Source of the DNA: Candidatus Latescibacterota bacterium
GTDB lineage: Bacteria; Latescibacterota; UBA2968; UBA8231
Assembly (NCBI GenBank): GCA_964291625.2
Contig: OZ220090.1
Location: forward strand, 608,001 to 672,000
Length of the DNA stretch: 64,000 nucleotides
Reading direction: 5' to 3'
Positions within the stretch are counted from its first letter, which is position 1, and every line of letters starts with the position of its first letter. The notes beneath the pieces were generated by a model, which saw only the letters and a list, made by a program, of their open reading frames with translations, did not search any database and was not told where the DNA came from. A program made the position numbers and the translations under genes. This document shows, one piece after another, positions 22,326 to 32,133 of this stretch.

Positions 22326-22927
22326 GCTTCCCTCCCCTCCTGCCGTTGCTGCAGGCCTTCCCAGACCCGCAACGCCTCGCTGCGCAGGGACCGGAGGTCC
22401 CCGTCGTTGCTCACCTCGTAGTCGACGGATCCCTCCGGAATGTCGCCCAGCTGGATGGCCCGGCGCTGCCGCACTTCTTCGGGGGCGAGTCCCCGCTCCC
22501 GGGCGACTCGCTGCGTTGCGAGGCCTGACTCGGTCCTGATCAGGATTACGGCGTCGAAACGGTCCTGCAGCCCCCACTCGAAGACCAGGGGCGCGTCGAG
22601 GAGCACGATCCCGCCGTCCGCCTCGGCCTCCCGCAGGGCCTGCCAGATGCGGGGCTCCAACTCCGGTCTGACCAACTCCTCCAGCCGCCGCCGGCCTTCC
22701 TCGTCGGCGAGGGCCCGGCGGGCGAGACCCCGGCGATCGAGCCTGCCTTCGCTGTCGAGCAGATCCTCTCCGAAGGCCCCCGCCAAGCGGCGGCGCAGGC
22801 CTTCGCTCGCGTCGACGACCTGCCGCGCCAGCACGTCGGCATCGATCCGGCGAGCGCCGAGATCCTCAAGCATGGCCGCCATGGTGGTCTTGCCGGCGCC
22901 CATGTTGCCGGTGACCGCCACCAGCAT
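22322..22927 (-). CDS. coaE: Dephospho-CoA kinase
   Basis: VTGNMGAGKTT, IDAD, LDRRGL, DAPLVFE, NDGD. Confidence 0.92.
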   Translation of the reverse strand: MLVAVTGNMGAGKTTMAAMLEDLGARRIDADVLARQVVDASEGLRRRLAGAFGEDLLDSEGRLDRRGLARRALADEEGRRRLEELVRPELEPRIWQALREAEADGGIVLLDAPLVFEWGLQDRFDAVILIRTESGLATQRVARERGLAPEEVRQRRAIQLGDIPEGSVDYEVSNDGDLRSLRSEALRVWEGLQQRQEGREA

Positions 22928-22951
22928 CTCAGCGTCCCTGGCGCGTCGGCC

Positions 22952-23806
22952 TCACCTCCCCCTGAGATGACGGAAGAACTCGGTGTCGGCGGGCTGGACG
23001 AGAACCGTGTTCTCCTGGAGCGATTTCTCATACGCCTCGAGAGTCCGGGTGAACTGGTAGAAGCCGGTGGCGTTGCGGTAGGCCGCCGCGTAGATCGCCA
23101 GGGCCTCGGCGTCCCCTTGGCCCCGGATCCCCTGGGCCCGCTCGTAGGCCTCGGCGGCAATGGTGGCCGCCTCCAGATCGGTCGCGGCACGGATCTTCAG
23201 TGCCTCTTCCTCGCCCTCGGATCGGTAGGCCTTGGCCTCCCTGGCGCGTTCGGCCCGCATTCGATTGTACACCGCCTGCTCGTTCTCCGGGGGGAGGTCG
23301 GCGCGCTTGATACGCACGTCCAGAACCTCGATCCCGTAGACCTTGGCGGCCAGGTTGGCCCGGGCTCTCACGGAGTCCATGATCGCCTGGCGGTTGGTGG
23401 CCACCACCTCGGACAGATCGTGCTGACCGAGCTCCTTGCGCAACTCGGAGTAGATGACATCGTCGAGCCGGGCCAGGGCCTCGTCCACGGTTCGCAGGGC
23501 CTGCATGAAAGTCAGGGCGTCGACGATCCGCCAGCGGGCGTAGTTGTCGATGATGAGGGTTTTCTTGTCCTTCGTGTAGATCGGATCCGGGTTCGAGTCG
23601 TAGTCGAGGAGGCGGCGGTCGAAGAAGGTCGTCTTCTGGATCGGATCTGGCAGCTTGAAGTACAAGCCAGGCTCGGTATTCACCTCGATGGGCTCCCCGA
23701 ACTGGGTGACCACGACCTGCTCGACCTCGGTCACGGTGTAGAGAACGAGGTTGGCGCCGAAGAGAAGCAGCACGAGGGCGACGACGACACCGACGGCGTT
23801 GCGCAT
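22952..23806 (-). CDS. hflC: FtsH protease modulator HflC
   Basis: N-terminal TM, TKDKK.LIID.YARWRI, DVRIKR.DLP, RMRAER, F.RTLEAY. Confidence 0.93.
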   Translation of the reverse strand: MRNAVGVVVALVLLLFGANLVLYTVTEVEQVVVTQFGEPIEVNTEPGLYFKLPDPIQKTTFFDRRLLDYDSNPDPIYTKDKKTLIIDNYARWRIVDALTFMQALRTVDEALARLDDVIYSELRKELGQHDLSEVVATNRQAIMDSVRARANLAAKVYGIEVLDVRIKRADLPPENEQAVYNRMRAERAREAKAYRSEGEEEALKIRAATDLEAATIAAEAYERAQGIRGQGDAEALAIYAAAYRNATGFYQFTRTLEAYEKSLQENTVLVQPADTEFFRHLRGR

Positions 23807-23819
23807 GGCGGCGGCCTCC

Positions 23820-24818
23820 CTATTCCGAGCGCGCCGGCTGCAGGCGCTCGAGGTTGATGAGGTTGAGGACGCCCTTGCCATCGGCGTCGATGATGTACTT
23901 CTGCAGCCCCGGCAGGATCCTCTCCATCGTCTCGATGTAGAGCCGCTTCTCCGTCACCTGGGGGGCCTTCACGTACTCGGCGTGGATCGCCCGGAAGCGG
24001 TCGGCGTCGCCCTGGGAGCGGCGCACCCGCTCGACGGCGTAGGCCTCGGACTCCTTGATCATGCGCTCGGCCTCGCCCCGGGCCTTCGGGATGACGTCGT
24101 TCTGGTAGCCCCGGGCCTCGTTCACCAGCCGTTCGCGGTCTTCCTTGGCGCTCGCCACGTCCTTGAAGGCCGCGTCCACCTGCTCCGGAGGGCCCACCGA
24201 CTGCAGTTGCACGGACTCGACGGTGAGCCCGCAGCCGTAGGTCTGGAACAGCTCCTGCAGACGTTCCTTGATCGCGATCTGCACCTCCAGCTTGCCTTCC
24301 GTGAGGACCTCGTCGATGCCGCGCCGGCCCACGACCTGCCGCAGGGCGGCTTCACAGGCGTCGTGGACGAGCCCCTCCCCTCCCCCTTCGAAGGCGCCCA
24401 GGCCCCTCACCTTGAACAGGGCGTCTACGACGTTGCTCACCTTGTACTGCACGACGAGCTCGACGTTGACGATGTTGAGATCGCCCGTGAGCATGAGCGA
24501 CTCGTTGGGCCGCTGCCGGTAGCGCGCCGGAGGACCCGGGTCGATGGTGCGGAAGCCGATCTCCTCCCGGTAGACCCGCGTCACCGAGCGGATGATGTGC
24601 ACCTCGATCGGCGAAGGCAGACGGTAGTGCAGGCCCGGGTCGACTACCCTCTGCACCTTGCCGAAGCGCAGGATCACCGCCTTCTCGTCGGGATCGACCG
24701 TGTAGATGCCGCTGGCCAGCCAGAGGACGGCGAGGACTCCGAGGACGAGGTACACCGTGCGCGGGCTGAAGCGAAGGTTCTGCACGGGAGACTTGGGGAA
24801 ATCAAACTGTTGTGGCAT
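23820..24818 (-). CDS. hflK: FtsH protease modulator HflK
   Basis: WLASGIYTV, MLTGD.NIV, AFKDV..A.ED, IPKARGEA, RLYIETME. Confidence 0.94.
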   Translation of the reverse strand: MPQQFDFPKSPVQNLRFSPRTVYLVLGVLAVLWLASGIYTVDPDEKAVILRFGKVQRVVDPGLHYRLPSPIEVHIIRSVTRVYREEIGFRTIDPGPPARYRQRPNESLMLTGDLNIVNVELVVQYKVSNVVDALFKVRGLGAFEGGGEGLVHDACEAALRQVVGRRGIDEVLTEGKLEVQIAIKERLQELFQTYGCGLTVESVQLQSVGPPEQVDAAFKDVASAKEDRERLVNEARGYQNDVIPKARGEAERMIKESEAYAVERVRRSQGDADRFRAIHAEYVKAPQVTEKRLYIETMERILPGLQKYIIDADGKGVLNLINLERLQPARSE

Positions 24819-24831
24819 GGTTACCGTCCAT

Positions 24832-25746
24832 TCAGGATCCTTCCTCCGCGAGGAGGCAGAGGGACTCGATGCCTGTCAGGGTGCAGTTCCGGGACGCGGA
24901 CCGAATCGCCCGCTCCAGGGCCCGCGGGACCGTCCCGCCTGCCAGCAGACCGGCCGCCATGGCCGCCAGGAAGACATCCCCGCAGCCCGTGGGGTCGATC
25001 GGGAGGCCCGCAGCCACCGCTGCCGCCGGCCGGCGCAGGCGGCGAACCCCGCCATCGGAGGCCCGCCAGGCGCAGAGCGCGCCCTGCTCACCCAGAGTAA
25101 TCACGGCAACCTTCGGTCCCAGGTCCAGCAGGGAGACAGCCCACTCCTGCAACTCCTCCGGCGGGGCACCCAGGGTGCGGGCCTCCAACTCGTTCATCTG
25201 AACCACGTCGGCCATCGACACCCAGAGGGGCCAGGAAGGTGGGGGGCGCAGGTGTCGGCGGCCCTCCGCGTCCCTCGCCAGGGTCAGGCTGTGGACATCC
25301 ATCAGGATCGGACCGCGGACGATGCGCCGGAGGCCGTGAAGTGTGTCCGGCTCGAGCTCGAAGCCGGTGATGAAGTTGACGAGCAGGGCGTCGAGAGAGG
25401 AACCCGGGCAGGGCAGGTCGGCCGGTCCGAGGGGCGGCACGTCCCCGAGGAGCCGCTCGCTCTTGCGCCCGGCCCGGTCATAGCGGATCTCGCAACGAAA
25501 GCCCGGACCGTCGAGCCGCCGGAGTCCGTCCTGAGAAACCTCCGGACACGCTCTCAGGAGAGCCTCAACCCTCGGCTCGATCTCCCGCGGAAGCCACGCG
25601 AAGGGCCGGGTGCGCCACCGCCCCTGCCCGAGGTGGGCGAGGGCGCAAGCGGTGAACAGGATGCCGCCCAGGCTGTCGCTGCGCCTGCCGTCGGGATGGT
25701 GAATCGTGTCGAGGTTGATGCTGCCGATGACCCCTACCTCCTGCAT
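24832..25746 (-). CDS. PfkB/ribokinase-family carbohydrate kinase
   Basis: GSINLD..., [21 protein letters not shown] (PfkB signature 2). Alternative start at 25815. Confidence 0.85.
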   Translation of the reverse strand: MQEVGVIGSINLDTIHHPDGRRSDSLGGILFTACALAHLGQGRWRTRPFAWLPREIEPRVEALLRACPEVSQDGLRRLDGPGFRCEIRYDRAGRKSERLLGDVPPLGPADLPCPGSSLDALLVNFITGFELEPDTLHGLRRIVRGPILMDVHSLTLARDAEGRRHLRPPPSWPLWVSMADVVQMNELEARTLGAPPEELQEWAVSLLDLGPKVAVITLGEQGALCAWRASDGGVRRLRRPAAAVAAGLPIDPTGCGDVFLAAMAAGLLAGGTVPRALERAIRSASRNCTLTGIESLCLLAEEGS

Positions 25747-25823
25747 CGCTCCCCCCGGGGGGGAACCCTGGGGCGGCCGCCATCCGGCGCCGCGATCGGT
25801 CCCGGGATCAGCCATGGCCGGCT

Positions 25824-25852
25824 TTGACCTTGGGGCGATGGACCCATATGCT
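25824..25852 (+). promoter_or_regulatory. Sigma-70 promoter directly in front of clpP
   Basis: TTGACC-17 bp-TATGCT, ending 7 nt before the ATG. Confidence 0.65.
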
Positions 25853-25859
25853 CCCTCTC

Positions 25860-26474
25860 ATGGCGATCGTACCTGTTGTCATCGAGCAGACGGGCCGCGG
25901 CGAGCGCGCCTACGACATCTTCTCGCGGCTCCTCAAGGAACGGATCATCTTCATCGGGTCGGTGATCGACGACGCCGAAGCCAATCTGATCATCGCCCAG
26001 TTGCTCTTTCTGGCCTCCGAGGACCCAAAGAAGGACATCTCCCTCTACATCAACAGCCCCGGGGGCCTGATCACCTCGGGCCTGGCGATCTACGACACGA
26101 TTCAGCACATCCCCTGCGACGTGGCCACCCTCTGCGTCGGCCAGGCCTACAGCATGTCGGCCATTCTCCTGTCCGGCGGCACCCAGGGCAAGCGCCACGC
26201 CCTGCCCCATTCGCGCGTGATGCTCCACCAGCCCTGGGGAGGCGTCGGCGGCCAGGCCGCCGACGTGGAGATCCACGCGCGCGAGATCATGGAGTGGCGC
26301 CGCCGGCTCAACCAGATCCTCGTGCAGAACACCGGCAAGGACCGGGAGACGATCGACCAGGTCACCGACCGCAGCTACTACCTGTCCCCCGAGGAGGCCC
26401 GGGACTTCGGCCTGATCGACGGCGTCTTCCAGTCGGCGGCCGATTCCGGCGCCGCCGAGCTCGTCCGCGCCTGA
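25860..26474 (+). CDS. clpP: ATP-dependent Clp protease proteolytic subunit
   Basis: [42 protein letters not shown] (Ser), MLHQP (His), DR (Asp). Confidence 0.95.
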   Translation: MAIVPVVIEQTGRGERAYDIFSRLLKERIIFIGSVIDDAEANLIIAQLLFLASEDPKKDISLYINSPGGLITSGLAIYDTIQHIPCDVATLCVGQAYSMSAILLSGGTQGKRHALPHSRVMLHQPWGGVGGQAADVEIHAREIMEWRRRLNQILVQNTGKDRETIDQVTDRSYYLSPEEARDFGLIDGVFQSAADSGAAELVRA

Positions 26475-26481
26475 TCCCCCG

Positions 26482-27492
26482 TCAGAAGGCGGCGACCTCC
26501 CCTATCCGCTGCGCTCCGCAGAGGAGCATCACCAGGCGGTCGAACCCGAGGGCCACTCCCGAGGCCTCCGGCATCGATGTGAGGTCCCGCAGGAATTCCT
26601 CGTCCAGGGGGAGCTCGCGTCGCTTCTCCCGCCGCCGCCGGAGCCGCTCCACGCGGAAGCGCCGTCTCTGCTGCCTGGCGTCGGTGAGTTCCCCGAACCC
26701 GTTGGCGAGTTCGAGTCCGCCGGCGTAGGACTCGAAGCGCTCCGACACCCTGGGATCCTTCCCGTCGAGGCGGGCCAGCGCCGCCAGTGGCGCGGGATAG
26801 CCGGTCAGGTGAACGCCCTGCCCCATGTCGGCGATGGCGGGTTCGACTCGCTCCACCAGCAGCTTGTGGAAGGCGGTCTCCCAGTCGTCGCCATCCTCGA
26901 CGCTGGCACACCCCGCGGCGCGAGCGCCCTCCCGCAGGGACCTGGCGCAGCCGTCGAGCAGGCAGTCCCGGGGGATCCCGGCGTGACGCTCGAAGGCGGC
27001 CGCCACCGTGAGCCGCGGCCAGGGTGGGGTCAGGTCGACGCGGGGGCCGGCGGGGGTGCGGCCGAAGGGTCCGCCGTTGACCTTGCGGGCAGCCTCCGAC
27101 AGGAGACACTCCATGTCGGCCAGGACCCGGTCGGGGCCCGCATGCGCCCGGTACCACTCCACCATGACGAACTCCGGCCGGTGGCTCGGGGAGTGCTCGC
27201 CGCCACGGAAGCAGCGGCAGATCTGGTAGATCTTCGGCGGACTCCCCAAGGCCAGCAGACGCTTCATGTGGTACTCGGGGGAGGTGATCAGCCAACCGGC
27301 GCCGCAGTCGAGGCCCACCGGCTCCAGGTGGGCGTCGAGGGGGGGCGCCGGCACCGCGGCCGGCGTCTCGACCTCGACGAAACCCTGGTGCCTGAAGTAT
27401 TCTCGGACCGCCTCCAGGACCGAGGACCTCAAGGAGAGGAGCTGCCTCAGGCGCGCACGGTCCCTGCGCTCGCCGGCCGGGTCCCGGATCAT
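26482..27492 (-). CDS. epmA: EF-P lysine aminoacylase (EpmA/GenX/PoxA)
   Basis: LysRS catalytic core without anticodon domain: TSPEYHMKRLL, CFR..E...H.PEF.M.EWYR, RFE.Y..G.ELANGF.EL, GVALGFDRL. Confidence 0.92.
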   Translation of the reverse strand: MIRDPAGERRDRARLRQLLSLRSSVLEAVREYFRHQGFVEVETPAAVPAPPLDAHLEPVGLDCGAGWLITSPEYHMKRLLALGSPPKIYQICRCFRGGEHSPSHRPEFVMVEWYRAHAGPDRVLADMECLLSEAARKVNGGPFGRTPAGPRVDLTPPWPRLTVAAAFERHAGIPRDCLLDGCARSLREGARAAGCASVEDGDDWETAFHKLLVERVEPAIADMGQGVHLTGYPAPLAALARLDGKDPRVSERFESYAGGLELANGFGELTDARQQRRRFRVERLRRRREKRRELPLDEEFLRDLTSMPEASGVALGFDRLVMLLCGAQRIGEVAAF

Positions 27493-27547
27493 CTCTGGTG
27501 GGCAGCTGGTTCGAGGGGGGGGCCGGATGGCGCCCGATGGGGGACGG

Positions 27548-28771
27548 TCAGGCCCGCTTCTTCCGGTAGACGAAGGTGGGCGGGCCCTTGTGCTGTATGA
27601 AGTCGGCGGTGATGATGCACTCCTTGACCTCGTTCCTCGAGGGCAGCTCGAACATGATCTCGTACATCGCCGTCTCCAGGACGGCCCGCAGCCCCCTGGC
27701 GCCCATGGACTTCTCCTGGGAGAGCTCCACGACCTTGCGCAAGGCCTGGTCCTCGAAGCTGAGACCCAGACCATCCATCTCGAAGAGCTTCTTGTACTGG
27801 CGGACGAGGGCGTTCTTCGGCTTCTTGAGGATTTCGAGCAGGGCGTAGTCGCTCAGGGGGTGGAGGGTGCTGATCACCGGGAGACGCCCGATCAACTCGG
27901 GGATCAGGCCGTACTGGATGAGGTCTTCCGGCTCCACCCTCGACAGCAACTGGCCAGTGTCGAGCTCGTCCTTGGCCTCGTGATGGACGCCGAACCCCAT
28001 GGCGCGGCTTCCGGTTCGGGCGGAGATGATCTTGTCGAGAGCGTCGAAGGCACCGCCGCAGATGAAGAGGATGTTCCGTGTGTTGATCTGAACGAGGGGC
28101 TGCTCCGGATGCTTGCGCCCGCCCTTTGGAGGCACTCCCGAAACCGTGCCCTCCAGAATCTTGAGCAGTTCCTGCTGCACCCCCTCCCCCGACACGTCCC
28201 GGGTGATCGACGGGTTGCCCGACTTGCGGGCCACCTTGTCGATCTCATCGATGAAGAGGATGCCGCGCTCCGCCTGCGCCACCTCGTAGTCGGCGGACTG
28301 GAGGATTCGGACCAGGATGTTCTCCACGTCCTCACCGACGTACCCGGCCTCGGTGAGAACCGTGGCATCGACGATGGCGAAGGGAACCTGGAGAATCCGG
28401 GCGAGGGACTCGGCCAGCAGCGTCTTGCCGGTGCCGGTGGGTCCGATGAGCAGGATGTTGCTCTTGGACAGCTCGACATCGGAGCCGCCCGAGTTGACCC
28501 GCTTGTAGTGGTTGTACACGGCCACGGAGAGGGCCTTCTTGGCCCGCTCCTGGCCGATGATGTGCTCGTCGAGCTGGGCCTTGAGCTCCGCGGGCTTCGG
28601 CAGGGGATCGCCGTTGAGGCTGGGCTCCTGCCTGTCCTCCTCCTCCAGGACCTCGTTGCACAACGAAACGCACTCGTTGCAGATGTGCACGGAGGAAGGG
28701 CCGGTGACGATCTTGTCGACCTGCCCCACGCCCTTGCCGCAGAATGCGCAGCTGACGGTCTTCTTCAGCAC
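27548..28771 (-). CDS. clpX: ATP-dependent Clp protease ATP-binding subunit ClpX
   Basis: CAFC...ICNEC zinc finger, [32 protein letters not shown] loop. Confidence 0.97.
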   Translation of the reverse strand: MLKKTVSCAFCGKGVGQVDKIVTGPSSVHICNECVSLCNEVLEEEDRQEPSLNGDPLPKPAELKAQLDEHIIGQERAKKALSVAVYNHYKRVNSGGSDVELSKSNILLIGPTGTGKTLLAESLARILQVPFAIVDATVLTEAGYVGEDVENILVRILQSADYEVAQAERGILFIDEIDKVARKSGNPSITRDVSGEGVQQELLKILEGTVSGVPPKGGRKHPEQPLVQINTRNILFICGGAFDALDKIISARTGSRAMGFGVHHEAKDELDTGQLLSRVEPEDLIQYGLIPELIGRLPVISTLHPLSDYALLEILKKPKNALVRQYKKLFEMDGLGLSFEDQALRKVVELSQEKSMGARGLRAVLETAMYEIMFELPSRNEVKECIITADFIQHKGPPTFVYRKKRA

Positions 28772-28792
28772 CGCGTCCCCTCCGAACCGCGC

Positions 28793-29515
28793 TCAGCTCG
28801 AAGCCGGGGCCGACTCGTCGTCCTCTCCGTCCTTCTGGGCTCCAACCTCGGCGCCTTCGGCCGCGGGCAGGTTGGCATCGGTCTGCTCTTCCCCGGAAGA
28901 TGGCTCCGAAGCCGCGGCAGACTCCGTCTCGCTCAACTCTCCGGACTCCTCCTCGAGCCCTTCGAGCTCCTGCGCCTCGGCCTCCTGACCTGCGACGGGG
29001 GTGCCGTCCTCGGAAGACTCTCCGGAGCCGGGCTTCATCACGTTGATCGCCTGGAAACCTTTGGCGGTCTTGGTGACCATGAACTCCACCTCGTCGCCCT
29101 GGGTCAGGCTGCGGTCCCATGAGGAGATATCGCGCCAATGCACGAAGACGTCGGTGTCGGCCGCCGTCGAGATGAATCCGTAGCCCTTGTCGTTGTTGAA
29201 CCACTTGACGGCTCCTCGGATCCAGGTGTTCTCCTCGAGGCCCTCGCCGCGTCCTCGAGGCACGGAAGCCTCGGGCCTTGCGGGCCTGGAGGACGGTCCC
29301 TGGGCAGGGGCGGGAGCCGCCTTCCCTCCCTCGACCTCCACGACGCGGTCGAGGATCTGCCGCCGCACCGATTCGCCGCCGCCGTCGAGAAGCCACTCCA
29401 GGCTCGTGAATAGACCGATGACATAGGAGCTGTCGGCCCCGTACAGGCGGCGGGCCTGGACGATACGATCTGCGATGGACGAGATGTTACCGTGATTGAT
29501 CTGCAGGGATGCCAA
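28793..29515 (-). CDS. Cold-shock-domain protein with N-terminal extension and acidic C-terminal tail
   Basis: Central GAVKWFNNDKGYGFI...DVFVHW...L.QGDEVEF....KG.QA.NV; flanking regions unassigned. Confidence 0.85.
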   Translation of the reverse strand: MASLQINHGNISSIADRIVQARRLYGADSSYVIGLFTSLEWLLDGGGESVRRQILDRVVEVEGGKAAPAPAQGPSSRPARPEASVPRGRGEGLEENTWIRGAVKWFNNDKGYGFISTAADTDVFVHWRDISSWDRSLTQGDEVEFMVTKTAKGFQAINVMKPGSGESSEDGTPVAGQEAEAQELEGLEEESGELSETESAAASEPSSGEEQTDANLPAAEGAEVGAQKDGEDDESAPASS

Positions 29516-29617
29516 ACGATCACCCTCCTCCCCTGGCCCAGGTCAATCCGGCGGAGCCCTCCGCCGGCCTGGTACTGGAATCGACCGATACTGTGACAGC
29601 CGGTCACCGAATCTCCC

Positions 29618-29647
29618 TAAGTACCCATACGGCTGTTCCATTGTCAA
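29618..29647 (-). promoter_or_regulatory. Possible promoter for Csp-clpX-epmA
   Basis: TTGACA-18 bp-TACTTA; perfect -35, weak -10. Confidence 0.4.
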
Positions 29648-31143
29648 CTCTGGGAGACTCTGCTCCAGGTCGCCCCCCGGACGTCGGGTCGCGGGAGCCC
29701 GGAGATTCGGTATCCCCGGATTCCCTCGTGAATCCTCTGAACGCTGACCTTGAGGATCCCGCTGACGGGAACGGCGATCAGCATGCCGACCACGCCCCCG
29801 AACTCGCTGCCAATCATCACCACCGTCAGCACCACCAGGGGATGGAGGGCGACGCTGCGGGCAACGACGATGGGCTGCACCAGCACGTTGTCGACGATCT
29901 GAATACACAGGAAGAGCAGGACCACCTTGGCCACCATGGCGCCGCCGCTCGCCGTGGCCAGGGCCACCCCGGTGGCCGAAGCGATGCCGATGACCGGTCC
30001 CAGGTAGGGGATCATGTTCGCCAGCCCGGCGGCGATGCCCACGGGAATGGCGTACGGCAGCTCCAGAAGGATCAGGCCCGTCACCGAGAGGAGGGCGACG
30101 ACGGAGACGGCGAGGAGCTGTCCGCGGATGTATCCGCCGATGGAGTGGTTGATGGAGTGTACGAGGTTCAGGGTCATCTCGAAGTAGGCGTTGGGGACCA
30201 TCTCCACCAGGGCACGGGTGATCCGCCGTCCTTCCTTGAGGAAGAAGAAGGCCACGAAGGGAACGAAGACCAGGAGCATGACGCCCGACAGGAAACCACT
30301 GAGCAGCCGGGTCGTCACCGAGCCGCTGAGGAACCTCGTCGTGCGCTCGAAGAGAACATCGACGAGCTGGTGGCTGTGGGTCGCGGCCCAAGTGGTGGCT
30401 GCGGCCATCGACTCCTCCCCGAAGCCTAGGTAGCGGCCGAGTCTCCAGGTCTTCGAGGTGATCCGCCGCACCAGGTGGGGTCCTGCCAGGCCGAAGTCGA
30501 GACCTCCCGCCGAGAGGGTCCACTCGCCCAAGGTCCTCCCACCTCCGTGGCGTCGCTCCCAGGCGCCCTTCTGATCTCCCCTCTCCATCAGGTTGCCGCG
30601 CAGAGGTACTGAGTGAGGGGTGCCGCCCAGGCCCTCCAGGACGAGGTTGCCCGCATGTTCGGCCACGTCCGGCGGAGCAAATTCGATCCTCAGGGCTGTC
30701 TGCTGTCCCGGCTCCAGAAAGAGCCGACCGTCCGGCGGATCGAGGAGGGCGAAGGGGTTGGTCTCGCCCTCGGGCCGGATGGTGGCGTGCGCTTCGATGG
30801 CCCGGTCCCCCCGGCCCGTGATGATGACCGTGGACTGGACGCTCTCGGGCCGCAGCAGGTCTTCGTAGAGATCGACCATCTCCCCGGTCATGCGCTTGCC
30901 GAGGGTGACCATCCCGAAGGCCGCCACGGCGAAGGTCGCCAGGAAGATCAGCAGGATGCTGGGCGCGCGTCTCAACCCCCTCGCCTCCATGCCGTCTACC
31001 AGCGGCGTCAGGACATAGGCGAGGACGAAGGCGAGCACGAAGGGAGCCAGGATGCCCCGAAGGAGGTATACCAGCCATAGGCCCAGGAGGGCCGTGACGA
31101 TGACGACCAGCAGCGCGATTCTGGGCCCGGGGAGGGAGCCCAT
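29644..31143 (-). CDS. AI-2E family transporter with a large soluble insertion
   Basis: LAPFVLAFVLAYVL.PLV, FFFLKEG, GYIRGQ, IPYLGP, QIVDNVLVQP, LHP....., GMLIAVP. Confidence 0.9.
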   Translation of the reverse strand: MGSLPGPRIALLVVIVTALLGLWLVYLLRGILAPFVLAFVLAYVLTPLVDGMEARGLRRAPSILLIFLATFAVAAFGMVTLGKRMTGEMVDLYEDLLRPESVQSTVIITGRGDRAIEAHATIRPEGETNPFALLDPPDGRLFLEPGQQTALRIEFAPPDVAEHAGNLVLEGLGGTPHSVPLRGNLMERGDQKGAWERRHGGGRTLGEWTLSAGGLDFGLAGPHLVRRITSKTWRLGRYLGFGEESMAAATTWAATHSHQLVDVLFERTTRFLSGSVTTRLLSGFLSGVMLLVFVPFVAFFFLKEGRRITRALVEMVPNAYFEMTLNLVHSINHSIGGYIRGQLLAVSVVALLSVTGLILLELPYAIPVGIAAGLANMIPYLGPVIGIASATGVALATASGGAMVAKVVLLFLCIQIVDNVLVQPIVVARSVALHPLVVLTVVMIGSEFGGVVGMLIAVPVSGILKVSVQRIHEGIRGYRISGLPRPDVRGATWSRVSQS

Positions 31144-31145
31144 GC

Positions 31146-31733
31146 TCAGCCCTCGGCCGGCGGGTCCTCGCCGGCCGAGGCTCCGTCCGCCGGCTCTCCG
31201 GAATCGGCCTCAGCCTCCAGCCGGCGCACCCGCTGCCGGGCCTCCCTGAGCAAGCGGTTGGTCTGGCGCAGCCGGACTGCGGCCATGCGCGAGAGCTGCA
31301 TCACGACCTTCAGTCCGATGCGGGGCTGGCTCTCGATCAGCTGCAGCAGCTCGGGACGGTAGAACCCCATGACCCTGGTCGGCTGCCGGGCCACCGCAGA
31401 AGCGGTGCGGGGCGACTCGTCGAGGAGCACCTGGTCTCCGAAGAAGTCCCCCTCCCCGAAGGTGGCGACCTCGACGGCGGCGCCCTCCCCCTCCTCCTGG
31501 AGGACCGCCACCTCTCCCGAGAGAATGACATACATGCCGACCCCCGGATCCCCCTCCCTGACGATGGCCTCCTCCGCCGCATAGGTGCGCGGATGGAGGA
31601 CCTCGCGGACGCGCTCGAATTCCCGGCGGCTCAGGTCCTGAAAGACCGGGACCTTGGACATCGCTTCGTAGAGTTCGTCACCGCCGCGGTCCCGGCGGCG
31701 GAAGAGGTTGCTCCAGAAGGGGTCCGGGGGCAT
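31146..31733 (-). CDS. Stand-alone cyclic nucleotide-binding domain protein (no HTH)
   Basis: VPVFQDL, IVREGDPG.GMYVILSGEV, GDFFGD.....PRTASA. ATG 31733. Confidence 0.88.
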   Translation of the reverse strand: MPPDPFWSNLFRRRDRGGDELYEAMSKVPVFQDLSRREFERVREVLHPRTYAAEEAIVREGDPGVGMYVILSGEVAVLQEEGEGAAVEVATFGEGDFFGDQVLLDESPRTASAVARQPTRVMGFYRPELLQLIESQPRIGLKVVMQLSRMAAVRLRQTNRLLREARQRVRRLEAEADSGEPADGASAGEDPPAEG

Positions 31734-31768
31734 GGGCGGTCGGCGGGATCGGAATGTACCGCGGAAGA

Positions 31769-32095
31769 TCAGGCCAGGACGGCGTCCAGCTTCTCGGTAA
31801 TCTGCACCTTGGGAACGGCGCCGATGACCTGATCGGCGACCTTGCCCTCTCGGAAGATGAGGAGGGTGGGAATGCTGCGGATTCCGTATTCCTGCGCCGT
31901 CTTCTGAGCCGAGTCGACGTCGAGCTTGCCGACCTTGGCACGCCCCAAGTACTCGCCCGCCAGCTCCTCGACGATGGGCGAGACCATCCGGCAAGGCCCG
32001 CACCAAGTCGCCCAGAAGTCGACGAGCACGGGCCTGTCGGACTCGAGGACTTCGGATTCGAAGTTGTCGTCGGTCAGGACGATCGGGTCGGCCAT
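31769..32095 (-). CDS. trxA: Thioredoxin
   Basis: VLVDFWATWCGPC, IRSIPTL. Confidence 0.97.
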   Translation of the reverse strand: MADPIVLTDDNFESEVLESDRPVLVDFWATWCGPCRMVSPIVEELAGEYLGRAKVGKLDVDSAQKTAQEYGIRSIPTLLIFREGKVADQVIGAVPKVQITEKLDAVLA

Positions 32096-32133
32096 CGAGC
32101 CTCCAGTTGGGTAAGTCAGTGTTTATCTGTCAC

